64,000 nucleotides of DNA from Amoebidium appalachense. Lineage: Eukaryota > Protista > Ichthyosporea. Below the pieces are notes generated by a model. The model made no database searches. It was not told where the DNA came from and saw only the letters and a list, made by a program, of their open reading frames with translations. How positions within the stretch are numbered: the first letter of the stretch is position 1; every line of letters starts with the position of its first letter. A program made the translations under genes and the position numbers. Of this stretch, positions 14,188-26,982 are shown piece by piece. The stretch covers positions 11,064,468 to 11,128,467 of the forward strand of contig CAVNZM010000004.1 of NCBI GenBank assembly GCA_963693365.1, read 5' to 3'.

Positions 14188-17100
14188 GCACACGCACCAT
14201 CCCTCGACCACACCTGTCAGTGATGCAAAGTACCATACATTCGGCTCAACCACATTCAACATAGAGCAAGGTACGACATATGGGAAGTTTGTTGGAGTGC
14301 AGACTTACGCTCACTCCACAATATGTGTATGTTAGCTTTACAATTGGTTCCGTGTACACAGACACACGCTGACACTCGATCACCACATGCACATCTGCAT
14401 AGTTGAGGAATGTTGCCAATTGTGTTTTGACTGCAAACGATTGGTTCACTGGTCCCAGAGATCTCTAAATGAAAGTAACCAATCCGATTAGCACCTGGCA
14501 TCCGGATTACATTCCAGACTGCTGCCCCACGGGTATATAAGCCACGTCTCTGCCAGGTGCAGACATGGAGTTCAGACATGGAGTTCAGTCATGGAGTTCA
14601 GTCATGGAGTTCAGACATGGAGTTCAGACATGGAGTTCAGTCATGGAGTTCAGTCATGGAGTTCAGTGATGGAGTTATTCATGGAGTTCAGTCATGGAGT
14701 TAACACACTGAAAGCAGTAAAAAACGGGTCAGCGCCCAAGCGCGCCACGACGACCCTAGTCACAGCGGACTCTACTTCCAACAGGGTTATGGGCCCAGAC
14801 ACGACACCGCGGCCTCTAACTTCATTAGAGACTTTCGCTTCCACAAACTCCATCCGCAGCAGCCTGCGACATCAACGTCAAGTATTCCACTTCATTGGCG
14901 GGGCACGCACCACAGTGGAATGCACACCCCGGTCTACCCTGCAAGCAGCCACACTCACTCTCTCTTCTCTAGTGGTGTGTACACTTCTCCAATTGGGTAG
15001 GGGTGTTGGAGTGCAGACTTACGCTCACTCCACAATATGTGTATGTTAGCTTTACAATTGGTTCCGTGTACACAGACACACGCTGACACTCGATCACCAC
15101 ATGCACATCTGCATAGTTGAGGAATGTTGCCAATTGTGTTTTGACTGCAAACGATTGGTTCACTGGTCCCAGAGATCTCTAAATGAAAGTAACCAATCCG
15201 ATTAGCGCCTGGCATCCGGATTACATTCCAGACTGCTGCCCCACGGGTATATAAACCACGGCTCTGCCAGGTGCAGAAATGGAGTTCAGTCATGGAGTTC
15301 AGTCATGGAGTTCAGTCATGGAGTTCAGTCATGGAGTTAACACACTGAAAGCAGTAAAAAACGGGTCAGCGCCCAAGCGCGCCACGACGACCCTAGTCAC
15401 AGCGGACTCTACTTCCAACAGGGTTATGGGCCCAGACACGACACCGCGGCCTCTAACTTCATTAGAGACTTTCGCTTCCACAAACTCCATCCGCAGCAGC
15501 CTGCGACATCAACGTCAAGTATTCCACTTCATTGGCGGGGCACGCACCACAGTGGAATGCACACCCCGGTCTACCCTGCAAGCAGCCACACTCACTCTCT
15601 CTTCTCTAGTGGTGTGTACACTTCTCCAATTGGGTAGGGGTGTTGGAGTGCAGACTTACGCTCACTCCACAATATGTGTATGTTAGCTTTACAATTGGTT
15701 CCGTGTACACAGACACACGCTGACACTCGATCACCACATGCACATCTGCATAGTTGAGGAATGTTGCCAATTGTGTTTTGACTGCAAACGATTGGTTCAC
15801 TGGTCCCAGAGATCTCTAAATGAAAGTAACCAATCCGATTAGCACCTGGCATCCGGATTACATTCCAGACTGCTGCCCCACGGGTATATAAGCCACGGCT
15901 CTGCCAGGTGCAGAAATGGAGTTCAGTCATGGAGTTAAGTCATGGAGTTCAGTCATGGAGTTCAGTCATGGAGTTCAGTCATGGAGTTCAGTCATGGAGT
16001 TCAGTCATGGAGTTCAGTCATGGAGTTAGTCATGGAGTTAACACACTGAAAGCAGTAAAAAAACGGGTCAGCGCCCAAGCGCGCCACGACGACCCTAGTC
16101 ACAGCGGACTCTACTTCCAACAGGGTTTGTTGGAAGTAGAGTCCGCTGTGACTAGGGTCGTCGTGGCGCGCTTGGGCGCTGACCCGTTTTTTACTGCTTT
16201 CAGTGTGTTAACTCCATGACTGAACTCCATGACTGAACTCCATGACTGAACTCCATGACTGAACTCCATGACTGAACTCCATGACTGAACTCCATGACTT
16301 AACTCCATGACTGAACTCCATTTCTGCACCTGGCAGAGCCGTGGTTTATATACCCGTGGGGCAGCAGTCTGGAATGTAATCCGGATGCCAGGCGCTAATC
16401 GGATTGGTTACTTTCATTTAGAGATCTCTGGGACCAGTGAACCAATCGTTTGCAGTCAAAACACAATTGGCAACATTCCTCAACTATGCAGATGTGCATG
16501 TGGTGATCGAGTGTCAGCGTGTGTCTGTGTACACGGAACCAATTGTAAAGCTAACATACACATATTGTGGAGTGAGCGTAAGTCTGCACTCCAACACCCC
16601 TACCCAATTGGAGAAGTGTACACACCACTAGAGAAGAGAGAGTGAGTGTGGCTGCTTGCAGGGTAGACCGGGGTGTGCATTCCACTGTGGTGCGTGCCCC
16701 GCCAATGAAGTGGAATACTTGACGTTGATGTCGCAGGCTGCTGCGGATGGAGTTTGTGGAAGCGAAAGTCTCTAATGAAGTTAGAGGCCGCGGTGTCGTG
16801 TCTGGGCCCATAACCCTGTTGGAAGTAGAGTCCGCTGTGACTAGGGTCGTCGTGGCGCGCTTGGGCGCTGACCCGTTTTTTACTGCTTTCAGTGTGTTAA
16901 CTCCATGACTGAACTCCATGACTGAACTCCATGACTGAACTCCATGACTGAACTCCATGACTGAACTCCATGACTGAACTCCATGACTTAACTCCATGAC
17001 TGAACTCCATTTCTGCACCTGGCAGAGCCGTGGTTTATATACCCGTGGGGCAGCAGTCTGGAATGTAATCCGGATGCCAGGCGCTAATCAGATTGGTTAC

Positions 17101-17743
17101 TTTCATTTAGAGATCTCTGGGACCAGTGAACCAATCGTTTGCAGTCAAAACACAATTGGCAACATTCCTCAACTATGCAGATGTGCATGTGGTGATCGAG
17201 TGTCAGCGTGTGTCTGTGTACACGGAACCAATTGTAAAGCTAACATACACATATTGTGGAGTGAGCGTAAGTCTGCACTCCAACAGTTTTGCGTTGGGCG
17301 GTTCAAACTAATACTGGAGGTAGTCCGTCTCGACGCATTGCAGGAGATGAAAGAATCCGGTATGAATGCAAGAAAGAAACCAAGCAACTGAGAAATTCAT
17401 GGCTCCTGCAACATTCTTTTTTGCGACTACAGTAATAATCATATTAGGCATTGGACCCCCCTTCCCCCCTCCCCCTCCCCACTCCCCCCTTCCCCCCTTC
17501 CCTGCCCCGCCACCGCCGTCCCTCCTCTCTCGTCCCCCTCTCCCCCCCCCCCTTTCCCTTTCCTTCCCTCCTCTCCTCTCCTCCCTTCTTTTCCACCCTC
17601 TTTCATCCAATCAGATCCCTGCTATAACGGCACATGTGGTGTGGGTGGTACCAGCTGCACCGTGCCCCCCAATGACGTCACCAAGTTTGTGTGCACGTGC
17701 AAGCCTGGCTTCTACGTGGACAGCACCTGCAAGGGTAATACTA

Positions 17744-17788
<45 letters not shown>

Positions 17789-19413
17789 AAAAAAAGTTTT
17801 GGCCAGTCCCCAGATAATTCAGTCCACTCCCATCACACCCTCTATCATCTACTCAACAACCCATCAACATACTGTGCCCCTTTCAGTCCCCGGCCTGCGA
17901 CTGAGATATTTCCCTTGAAGTTGCAGCAAACAAGAGAAATTGTAAGGCGGCGTGCCCCCTCTTCGGAACACTTAGCAACCTACCTCTCCAAAACCCGTAC
18001 AGAATGCGTGCAAAGACGTAGCATAACTTTCGTTTTTAGCAGCCCCCTCCTTCTCTCCGTTTCCCAATCACCCAACCATTATATACCATTATAATGTATC
18101 ATATCAGCACATACACACTGCTTTGTCTCCGAAGTCTAGTTAGATTTCCCTGCTCACCACGACAATCCCCAACTTGGCCTTACTATCCCGAACTCAACAC
18201 GCCTGTAACTTGACGCAACCACACCACCACTGCCGCCAGCGGGCAAACACTAATATATGTACACTACGCTTTATTTTAAACACACACATCCACCATCCCT
18301 TCAGAGTGTCCGCCATCCACCGTGGCCAACTGCCAGTCAGTAGTGTGTGATGGGCCCACCACCAGCACGTGCACCAGTTGCCTGCTGGGCTACTATTGGG
18401 CAAAGGGCAATACCACATGCACCAGTACGTGTCACGTTCTGACCCCACTGCCAACCCTCCTCCCCTTCCCTCCCCCCCCCCCCCCCCTCCCCCCCCCCCC
18501 GCCCCCATGCGCCCCTCCCCCCCCCCCCCCCCCCTCCCTCCCATCTCCCCGCTGCCTCCCCCCCTTCACCCACCTTCATCCCGTTTAGCCATCCCATGGC
18601 CCACTACATCCCGCTTGCAGCCCTTTTTTCCATCTGACACCCCCTACCTCAAAGCCCACCCACCACCCACCCGTTCCCCATCATAAAACATTTATGTGTT
18701 GTCCGGCGGACTTCCAATGGCAATTTCATATGCAACGGAGTTCCACACAGCTATCTTCTAACACGGTGAGGCTCTAAGACTTAGTCTTGTAAACTGTTCG
18801 CAACTCTGTCTCTGCCGACTCAACCTATCTCTTACATTCTTATAGGTTCGAGAGAAGAACTTTAACAGTTGCAACCGTTGGTATATCCTCTACGTATATC
18901 CTCTAAGCATTTCCAATAAGTATATCCTCTAAGTATATCGTCTAGATAAGTCATTATCTATTTATATCACGTTCGGCACAGTATCCTCTGGGTATATCCT
19001 TTAATTATTTCAGTCTAGGTACGCACGCGTTCTCTTGGCACAGTATCCTCTAGGTATATCCTCTAGGCATATCCCCTCAGTATATCCTCTTGGTAAATCC
19101 TTCAGGTATATCCTCTAAATGCTCCATTGGTTTATCCTCAAAGTATGATATATCTCTAGGTATCATAGTATATATTCTCTTAGTAAGCGTATTCTTACAT
19201 ACAGGGTGCACCGAGCCAGCCAATTGTACCACCATCATCCCATGCAAAACAGCCAGTGATGCTGTGTGTGAAAGCTGCAAGACAGGATTCGAAATGAAGG
19301 ACGGGATTTGTGTGGCCCAGCAGACGGCAAACACTCCCAGTGCCGCAAATAGGTTAAACATCGGCACTGCTGCACTAGTTGCACTTCTGTTTGCTTTTGC
19401 CATGATGTTCTGA
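12011..19413 (+). CDS. Cys-rich EGF-like/CxxC-repeat cell-surface protein, probably GPI-anchored
   Basis: Exons 12011-12062, 12787-12942, 13329-13994, 17615-17734, 18305-18424 and 19205-19413, all introns GT-AG phase 1. Signal peptide MARPRVPLLCALLLSLLGAVLG; CxxCxxGYY repeats; C-terminus PSAANRLNIGTAALVALLFAFAMMF*. Confidence 0.88.
14290..16122 (+). mobile_element. Tandem TRIM (non-autonomous copia-type LTR element): LTR-int-LTR-int-LTR
   Basis: LTRs 14290-14783, 15004-15420 and 15641-16122, each TGTTGGA...TCCAACA. The 220-bp internal parts start with PBS GGGTTATGGGCCCAG and end with PPT GGGTAGGGG. Confidence 0.92.
14563..14702 (+). repeat. 13-bp tandem repeat (CATGGAGTTCAGT)n inside each LTR
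   Basis: About 11, 5, 10, 9 and 9 units in LTRs 1-5, starting ~25 bp after GGGTATATAA. Confidence 0.95.
16128..17285 (-). mobile_element. Inverted TRIM copy: LTR-int-LTR
   Basis: LTRs 16817-17285 and 16128-16596, internal part 16597-16816, PBS 16802-16816 and PPT 16597-16605 on the minus strand. Confidence 0.92.
18880..19180. repeat. Degenerate TATATCCTCT minisatellite in an intron
   Basis: More than 10 variants of (G)TATATCCTCT(A). Confidence 0.7.
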
Positions 19414-20394
19414 GTCTTTGAGATATTTTTCTTTCCCCCCCCCCCCCCCCCCCCCCCCCCGGCTTGAAATTGAACAAAAACCCCCAACCCTCCACCTTTT
19501 TAAAATTTAAAAGTATCATTAAAATTCCGCTGGAGTCGGCTTCCTTGCTCTACTTAGCCAATAATGAGCATGGAAGGGTGCACGTGTTATGATAACACAG
19601 GCCGGAATCATATCCGAATCTATTGTGGGCTGGCCGTTGGGCATATAAGTGTTATCAACATCATAAAGTTTGCTGCTCAAGTCATTTGGTCTTCATAACT
19701 TTTTTAAGGTGTTCAGTCGCTCTTGTTTTATTGGGAGACGACAAAATAAGTAGTTTTGTAAACCAGCTCATATGTGCCGAATATAGGACGCTCTCATTGT
19801 GCCGAGCGTTCTGCTGGCCAATAAACACATATTGTATGGGTTTGACTCCCAGGGATACTATGTAAATATCCCACCACTCCGACACTAAATATTAAACAGA
19901 ATTGCCAACTACCGTATGATTTTTCAACGTGTACAGGGTTGAAGGTCAATCGAGAAGAAGGCTGATATCATGCCATCGCCCAATCAAAATATTTGGGAGG
20001 GAGAGGGGGGGGGTTAGTGGCCATGGCCCAAGGCCAAAGGGGAGGAAGGGGAGAGAATCCGTTTGCGTGTGTGTGTGTGTGTGGGGGAGGGGGGGGGGGG
20101 GGGGGAGAAGGGGGAGAGAGAGCTCCTGTCAGTGGGATGGAGGTGTGTGTCAATGAGTGGCCGGGGTGTGTGAGAGGCTGGGGGAGGGGGACGGGGGGAG
20201 GGTGGGGGGAGGGTGCTTCAGCTCTATATACATGTAGAACCCTAGCAATGCCCGAAGTGAAGCCTAAGAAACTGAGCTGGTGGTTGCTGACCATTCACCC
20301 GGTTGTAATGTAACTGTTCAGTGACGTAGGAAGCAAACCCAGTCCAGCGTGCACATACACACACACATTGTGCAGTTGTAGTAAGAGGCATTCC

Positions 20395-20425
<31 letters not shown>

Positions 20426-20529
20426 AAAAAAAATAGAAATAAAAAATAAACAAATAAATAAAATAAAATAGAAGAAAAGAAAAGAAAAGAAAAAAAGAAG
20501 GGGGGGGGGGGGGGGGGGGGGGGGGATCA

Positions 20530-21091
20530 AGTTCGCGTGATTTGCCTGTCACACATTTGCGAAACGTGCCCCCCTAAGGGAAGAAAGGCCAAGAAAAGAA
20601 CACAACAAAGAAAACCGGGATACCTGTGATCGACCCCCCCCCCCCCCCCTCCTTCCTTCCCTCCTTCCTTCCTTCCCCCCTTCCCCCTCCCTCTTTCCCT
20701 CCCCCCCTCCCCCCCCCCCCCCCCCCCGGCCCCCTCCGGACCCCCCCCCCCTCCCCCCTCCCCTCCCTTCCCTCCCCCCTCCCCCCCACTCCCCTCCCCC
20801 TCGCCCTCCCTCCAAATAGGAGGGAAAAAAAAAAAAAAGATCGAAAGAAAGGAAAAAGAAAAAGCGAAGAGGCTCCTGTGCCCCCCCCCCCCCCCCCCCC
20901 CCTCCTCCTCCTCCTCAAATCCCCCCCCCCCCCCCCCCTCCTCCTCAAATCCCCCCCCCCCCCCAAAAAAAAAAATAAAAAATAATAAGCTCGCGTGGTT
21001 TGCCCCTCACACATTTGCGAGCCGTTTCCCGCAAAAGGAAGAAAGACCAAGAAGAGAACACAACAAAGAAAAACGGGGTACCCGTGATCGA

Positions 21092-21123
<32 letters not shown>

Positions 21124-21305
21124 CCTTCCCCCCTCCCTCCCCCCTCCCTCTTCCCCCTCCCCCCCCCATCCCCCCCCCCCCCCCCCCCCCCCCCCTCCTT
21201 CCCCCTGCCCCCTCCAAAAGAAAAAAAAAAAAAAAAAAAAAAAGAAAGGAGAAAGGAAAAAAGAAAGAAGAAAGAAAAAGTGAAGAGGCCCCTGTGGTTC
21301 CTCCC
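20530..21305. repeat. Diverged direct duplication of a ~300-350 bp unit
   Basis: CGCGTG.TTTGCC..CACACATTTGCGA...ACACAACAAAGAAAA...GTGATCGACCCC...GAAGAGGC.CCTGTG occurs at ~20534-20880 and ~20992-21297. Confidence 0.7.
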
Positions 21306-22071
21306 CACCCCTCTCCTCCTCCTTCTACCTCGGGGGAGGAAGAAAAAAAAGGGGAAAAAAAGAAAAAAAAGAAAAAAGGACCCCCGAGCCGTGGTTGACT
21401 TCCATGCATTTACGAGACGCGCTCCAAGAAATGAAGAAAGACACAAAGAAAAGACTCCATGAAAGAAATCGAAGTATGTACCCAGGTACCCACACAAGTA
21501 AGAGCCGGGCCTATCAAACATATTGCAAGGCAATGACACAGGGTTCAAAGGTGCAGGCGTTTGCACGTGCTCTGTAAATCTCCCTGTAAATCGGCATAAG
21601 TCGACACATTTATTCATTTCAAACCTTTCGAACGATGGTTCCACCTCGGGAGATTGGGATCCGGGCAACAGTCTGTAAGGTCGGTGCGTAGTAGACAACA
21701 TGGGTATGAGGTCCCCCATTGTACACAAGAGATGGGATAGAAAAGTGCGCTGACCAATATGGTATCACGCCCAAACAGTTTTTTTTTTTTGGGTGGGGGG
21801 GGGGGGGGGGGGGGGGGGGGAGGGGAGGGCAAGTGGGGGTGGTGTGTGTGTTGTGTGTTTGTGGGGAGGGGAAAAGGAAGGGGGGATGGGGGGTGGGTGG
21901 GAGGATTTGGCATTGACACATTTATTGGGGTTTGCGAATTAGAATCAACAGAAAAGATCGAAATTCAAAAGCTCATAAAAAAGCCCGAAATTCCACTAAG
22001 TAACATAGAAAAATCTGTCGCCTTCACGCACCTGTGGCCCATACCCAACCACCAGGGTTGCTTTCACAGGT

Positions 22072-24809
22072 CTAGTTCACAACCAACGCTAGTATAACAC
22101 ACAAATATCCAAAAACAACCCAATGGGCAGTTCCTATTGGCTGCAGGTCACACGCAGCGCCGTCACGTGGGGGCATAGCAAGTGAGCAGTGGGTTTGGGG
22201 TTCTGCCCAGCCATCGTTGCAGCTCAGACACACCGTGTCTCCGGTCTCTGTCTTGCATACGGTGGTGCGGTTGCAGGTGGGGTACTCGCTGCAGCCTGTG
22301 TGTGTGTGTGAAAGGGTTAGGGTGGGTTAAACCGTGTTTCCGTATGAGAGCTGGGGGTATACGTGCGATATGTGCACATTTTCTGGCAGTAATTGGGTGG
22401 TTGTTTTGTGCTTTGGTGTGTTATTGCTTTTTCCCCCCTGGTTGTTGTTGTCCCCCCCCTCCCCCCCCTTATTTTTTTTTTTTTTTTTTTTTTTGGGGAG
22501 GGGGGGGGGAGGGGGGGAGGGGGGGGGGGGGGGGGGGGGGTGGTGGTGGGGGAGTGGGGGGGACAGGGCAAAGAAGAAGGATGTAAGGACTGTGCCGGGG
22601 GAAGGGAGAAGAAAGTGATTTCAGAATATGGTACAGATACATCTTCTGTTAGCGAAGATACACATGTCTAGTGTGGACGGTATGATGAGTGTCCAGGATG
22701 AATGGGCAGCACAAACGCGGGATGTGTGTGTGTGTGTCTGTGTGTGTGTGTTTGCGTACGTATGTACGTGTGTGTGTGTGTCTGTGTCGGTGTGTGGATA
22801 TGTTTGTGTACGTGTGTGTGAGCGCGCGCGCGCATGTGTACGTATGTGTATGTTTGGGTTTGGGGTTTGGGGGGGAGGGGGGGGGGGGGGGGGGAGGGGT
22901 TACATACGATTGCATCTGCCGTTAGCAGCTAGGTAGTAACCGCCCACACAGGCCAGGCATGTGGTATCATCAATGGTTAGGCCCGTGCAGTGCAGGTCAG
23001 CTGTGCACCCGAGGGGCTGTGGGCAGGCTGTGGGATCGGGTAAATTTTATTGGATATTTGTTACTTGTGCAGGGAAAATGCTATAATTGTATTTATGGGG
23101 TAGCGTTCAAAAGGGAACAGGTCGGGGTGGGGGTGGGGGATAACAGGGGGTAACAGCATAGCAATCAATGTTGCTACAACAAAGGGGTGTATTCGTTACA
23201 AATACATATGCGTTCGGGGGAGGGGGGAGGGGGAGAGGGGGGGGGGGTGTTGGGCTTTATAACACACTGGAGATGCCTTTGCGGAATGGGTGTCTTTACA
23301 AAGGGTTTTACGGAACACAATCAAAGCACTTAAATACCTTAAAGAAACACCACTAGGGGGCCACCAACCACTGCACTGTGACGTGCCATCCACGGTGTAC
23401 CCTGGCTCACACTCACGGCACTGACTGCTGGCTGCACTGCTGCACGTGTACTCCCCAGCAATACAGTGTGCTGGTTGCTGGCAGGCTGCAGAGGTTCGGG
23501 GGTGAATGGGTGTGGTGGCATATATGGATGGGGGGTGGAGAGGGGAGGGGTGGGGGGGTGAGGGGCAAGGAGGGAGAGGAGGGAGAGAGAAAGGGGGGGA
23601 GGGGGGGGAGGGGGGAGGGGGAGAGAGAGAGAGAGAGGAGGAGGGGACAACGGGGGAAGTTAGAAGGGGCGGGAAGGGCGGGAGGAGGACGGAACGCTTG
23701 ATGAGTTGTTTCATTTGTGATGGGGGTCGGGTGTAAAGGGTAGGAGGGTTGGAGCGTGGCCCCGAGGGGGGGGAGAGGGAGGGGGGGGGGGGGACGAGGG
23801 GGAAGGGGGAGGAAGGGAAAGGGGTGGGGGGAAGGGGGGGGTTCAAAGGCTTACCTTCGCATTTTCCATCAGCAAGGTAATAGCCCTCAATGCACCCAGC
23901 ACACATTGAGCTACCATCAGACACACTGCATGTCTCATACTGCATGCAATGGGCAATGTTGGGCACGGGGCACTTGCTGCAGTCCGTCAAATTTCCATTC
24001 GCGTGGTAGAACCCCCCCCTCACACTGGCAGGTAAAACTATCCGGCCCGTTTGATTGGCAGATGCCGTTGGTGCAGGCGGGAGAGCCGTTGTGCCAGAAG
24101 GGAAGGCACGGGTCTGCAAATGCACAGGTGTAAATGATTTATCGATCTCATTCACGATTTTTGGGTTTGTCCTAGCGCGCACATGTGTATGGTACCACCC
24201 ATCACTCCAGCTCAATGTGTTATACGTCCTCCTCCTTCCAACCCCCCCCCCCCTCCCTTCCCCCGGCCCCTTCCCTGAACTGTGGTCCTAAGCTCCTGAG
24301 TTCCCCAGGAAGAAAATTAGACAACACGTGAGGGCGCGCGGGGGGAGGGGGGGGGGGGAGGGAGGGGGAGGGGGAACAAATGGGGAATCATAACGTCCTC
24401 CTTCTTCCCCCCCCCCCCTTCCTCCCCCGGCCCCTTCCCTGAACTCTGGTCGTAAGCTCCTGAGTTCCCCAGGAAGAAAATTAGACAAGGAGGGGAGGGG
24501 GGGGGGGGGGGGGGGGGGGGAAAGGGAGGGAGGGGGAACAAATGGGGAATCATAAGCCCGTGGTAAGCAAAAACAAAAGTAAATAAAGGACAAGAAGAAA
24601 AGGGAGAAAGAAGTAAAGAAGAGGTACATGACAATATTCGTTTGTTCAGCCTTTGACCACCAACTACGTGTAGGTTAGGTATGCATACCTTTGGCACACT
24701 TTCCAGCCACCACCACGTATCCCTCGTTGCATGCAGTACATGTGCCGGCCGTCTTGCTCGTGCACACAATGTTGTTGATGGGGCAGTTGGGGACGTCGGA
24801 CCGGCATTC

Positions 24810-24902
<93 letters not shown>

Positions 24903-25168
24903 GGCCGGCGGGGGGGGGGGGGGGGAGGGGGAAGGGGTGAGAGAGGAGGTAGGAGGGGGAGGGGGGGGGGGGGGGAGGGGGAGGCATGGGGGCTGAATTA
25001 GTACGTGTTCATCCCAAACGAGTGCACTAGAAAGATCCCTGGAACCCGTATGGACAACCAACAAATTAGATAGATAATCCATGAAAAAACATCTGTCATT
25101 CTTCTAGCACATAATATGTGTCCGCCCGCTGTGTTTTTGAAACAACGAGAGAAAGTGGGGGGAGAAGG

Positions 25169-25202
<34 letters not shown>

Positions 25203-26139
25203 GGGGAGGGGGGGGGGGGGGGGGGGGGAGGGGAGGGGAGAGGAGGGGGGGGGGGGAGGGGAGGGGAGGGGGGGGGGGGGGGGGGGGCGGGGGGGGGGGG
25301 GGGGGGGGGGAGGACTCTCGGAGTTTGGTTATGGTATCAAATTTTAGGTACGAGATGAAAGGAATAAGAGGTTGAGGAGTGGGCGGGGGGGCTTGGAATG
25401 GGGGGAAGGTTGGGGGGAGGGGGAGGGATTTTTTTCCAGTCACCTGGGTCACATCTGCCGCTACTAACATCGTAGTAATTGGTCTCACATTCCCCACAGG
25501 TGCTGTCTGATTGGTTGTTGCAGTAGTACAACTTGCAGTGGGGCAGGTGCAGATCCGTGCAAGCTGATTGGAGGAGGGGGGTAAGAGGGTGTGTAAATGG
25601 CCGGTGGTGAAAGTGGGGGATTAGAATGTGTCACAGAATACGAGATACACGATGAACAATACAAACGGTCCCCCCCCCTCCCCCTCCCCCCCCCCCCCCC
25701 CCCAAAAAGGCACGCCAACAGTATGCATAACAGGGTATGTGCCGTCACTTTTCTCTGCCTTCTTCCCCCTTCAAAAAAAAAGGGTGGAGGCGCGGGCTGG
25801 GGGGGGGGGGGAGGGGGAGGGGGGTTGCAATCGACCAGGGGGACCTTGCATGACATCCGTATTTTGTATCCATAACACAACTCCAATTATGCCCATATGG
25901 GTAGGTAGAGAGGCTACAGTATAAAAACAGCAAAGAATACAAGGCGAGGTGTGCAAGAAGAATTACCACTGTACCACAGTATGTGCGTGTTCTTGTAGGA
26001 GGGGGCAGAGGGAAGGGGGAAGGGGGGAGAAGGGGTGGGTGGGTGGGGGGGGGGGGTTGGGGGGGGGGGGGGGTTGGGGAGGGAGGATGTGTGTGTCTGT
26101 GTGTTGTGTGTGTGAGTGGGTGCGTTCGTGTGCGCGCGC

Positions 26140-26224
<85 letters not shown>

Positions 26225-26545
26225 ATTTGCGTGTGCGTGTTTTGTGGGTAGGTGTGTGTGCGGGCTGATGTGTGTGATGGGTTGGGTTTAGGGGATAAAC
26301 ACAAAGCATACCGGGACAATGAAAGTGCTCATCCAAGTAGAAGCTGGGCAAGCACAGCTCACACGTGTAGTCAGTCAGGCTCGTGCATTCAGTCACCTCC
26401 AGGCACCCCTCATCCCCCAGGCACGGTACACACGTATAGTTCTGCTCGGGCTCGGGATATTGGCCCTTTCTGCACGTGCACGTGTTGTTGGGCCCCAGCC
26501 GGCATGTACCTACCTCACACACACCCTTGCAAGGGTCTGTATGTG

Positions 26546-26620
<75 letters not shown>

Positions 26621-26858
26621 GGGGAGGGGGAGGGAGGGGGAGAGGTTAGCATGTATTACAGAGTGCAACTCTTTTCTGATTTCTCTCTCCCTTTTCAAGA
26701 AGTGTGGCCTTTTCTTTTCTTGCCTTTCCTGGGCTCTCACAGACTAGCACCGTCTCACTCCCATCCCGAAAAAGAGCGTTTAGGACAGAGTTATAATAGC
26801 AGTGAATGTGTATGGCAAGAAGTCATGGATGGGTGGGTTCAGGCAGGGCAACGGCTTT

Positions 26859-26933
<75 letters not shown>

Positions 26934-26943
26934 ACGCGCACGT

Positions 26944-26982
<39 letters not shown>

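Noticed and set aside
14563-17010. CRISPR-like array from the CATGGAGTTCAGT repeats
   Set aside because: Repeats are contiguous 13-mers with no unique spacers, lie inside LTRs, and there are no cas genes in this eukaryotic context.
15004-17285. Palindrome as a pure long-read fold-back artefact
   Set aside because: Mirror LTRs differ in SNPs and repeat counts, the host gene resumes in frame on both sides, and a flanking direct repeat exists. Not fully excluded without reads.
14246-17391. Repeated ORFs (MEFSHGV..., MTELHFCTW..., MNQSFAVK...) as genes
   Set aside because: They are translations of TRIM LTR and internal sequence with no gag/pol domains beyond a short relic.
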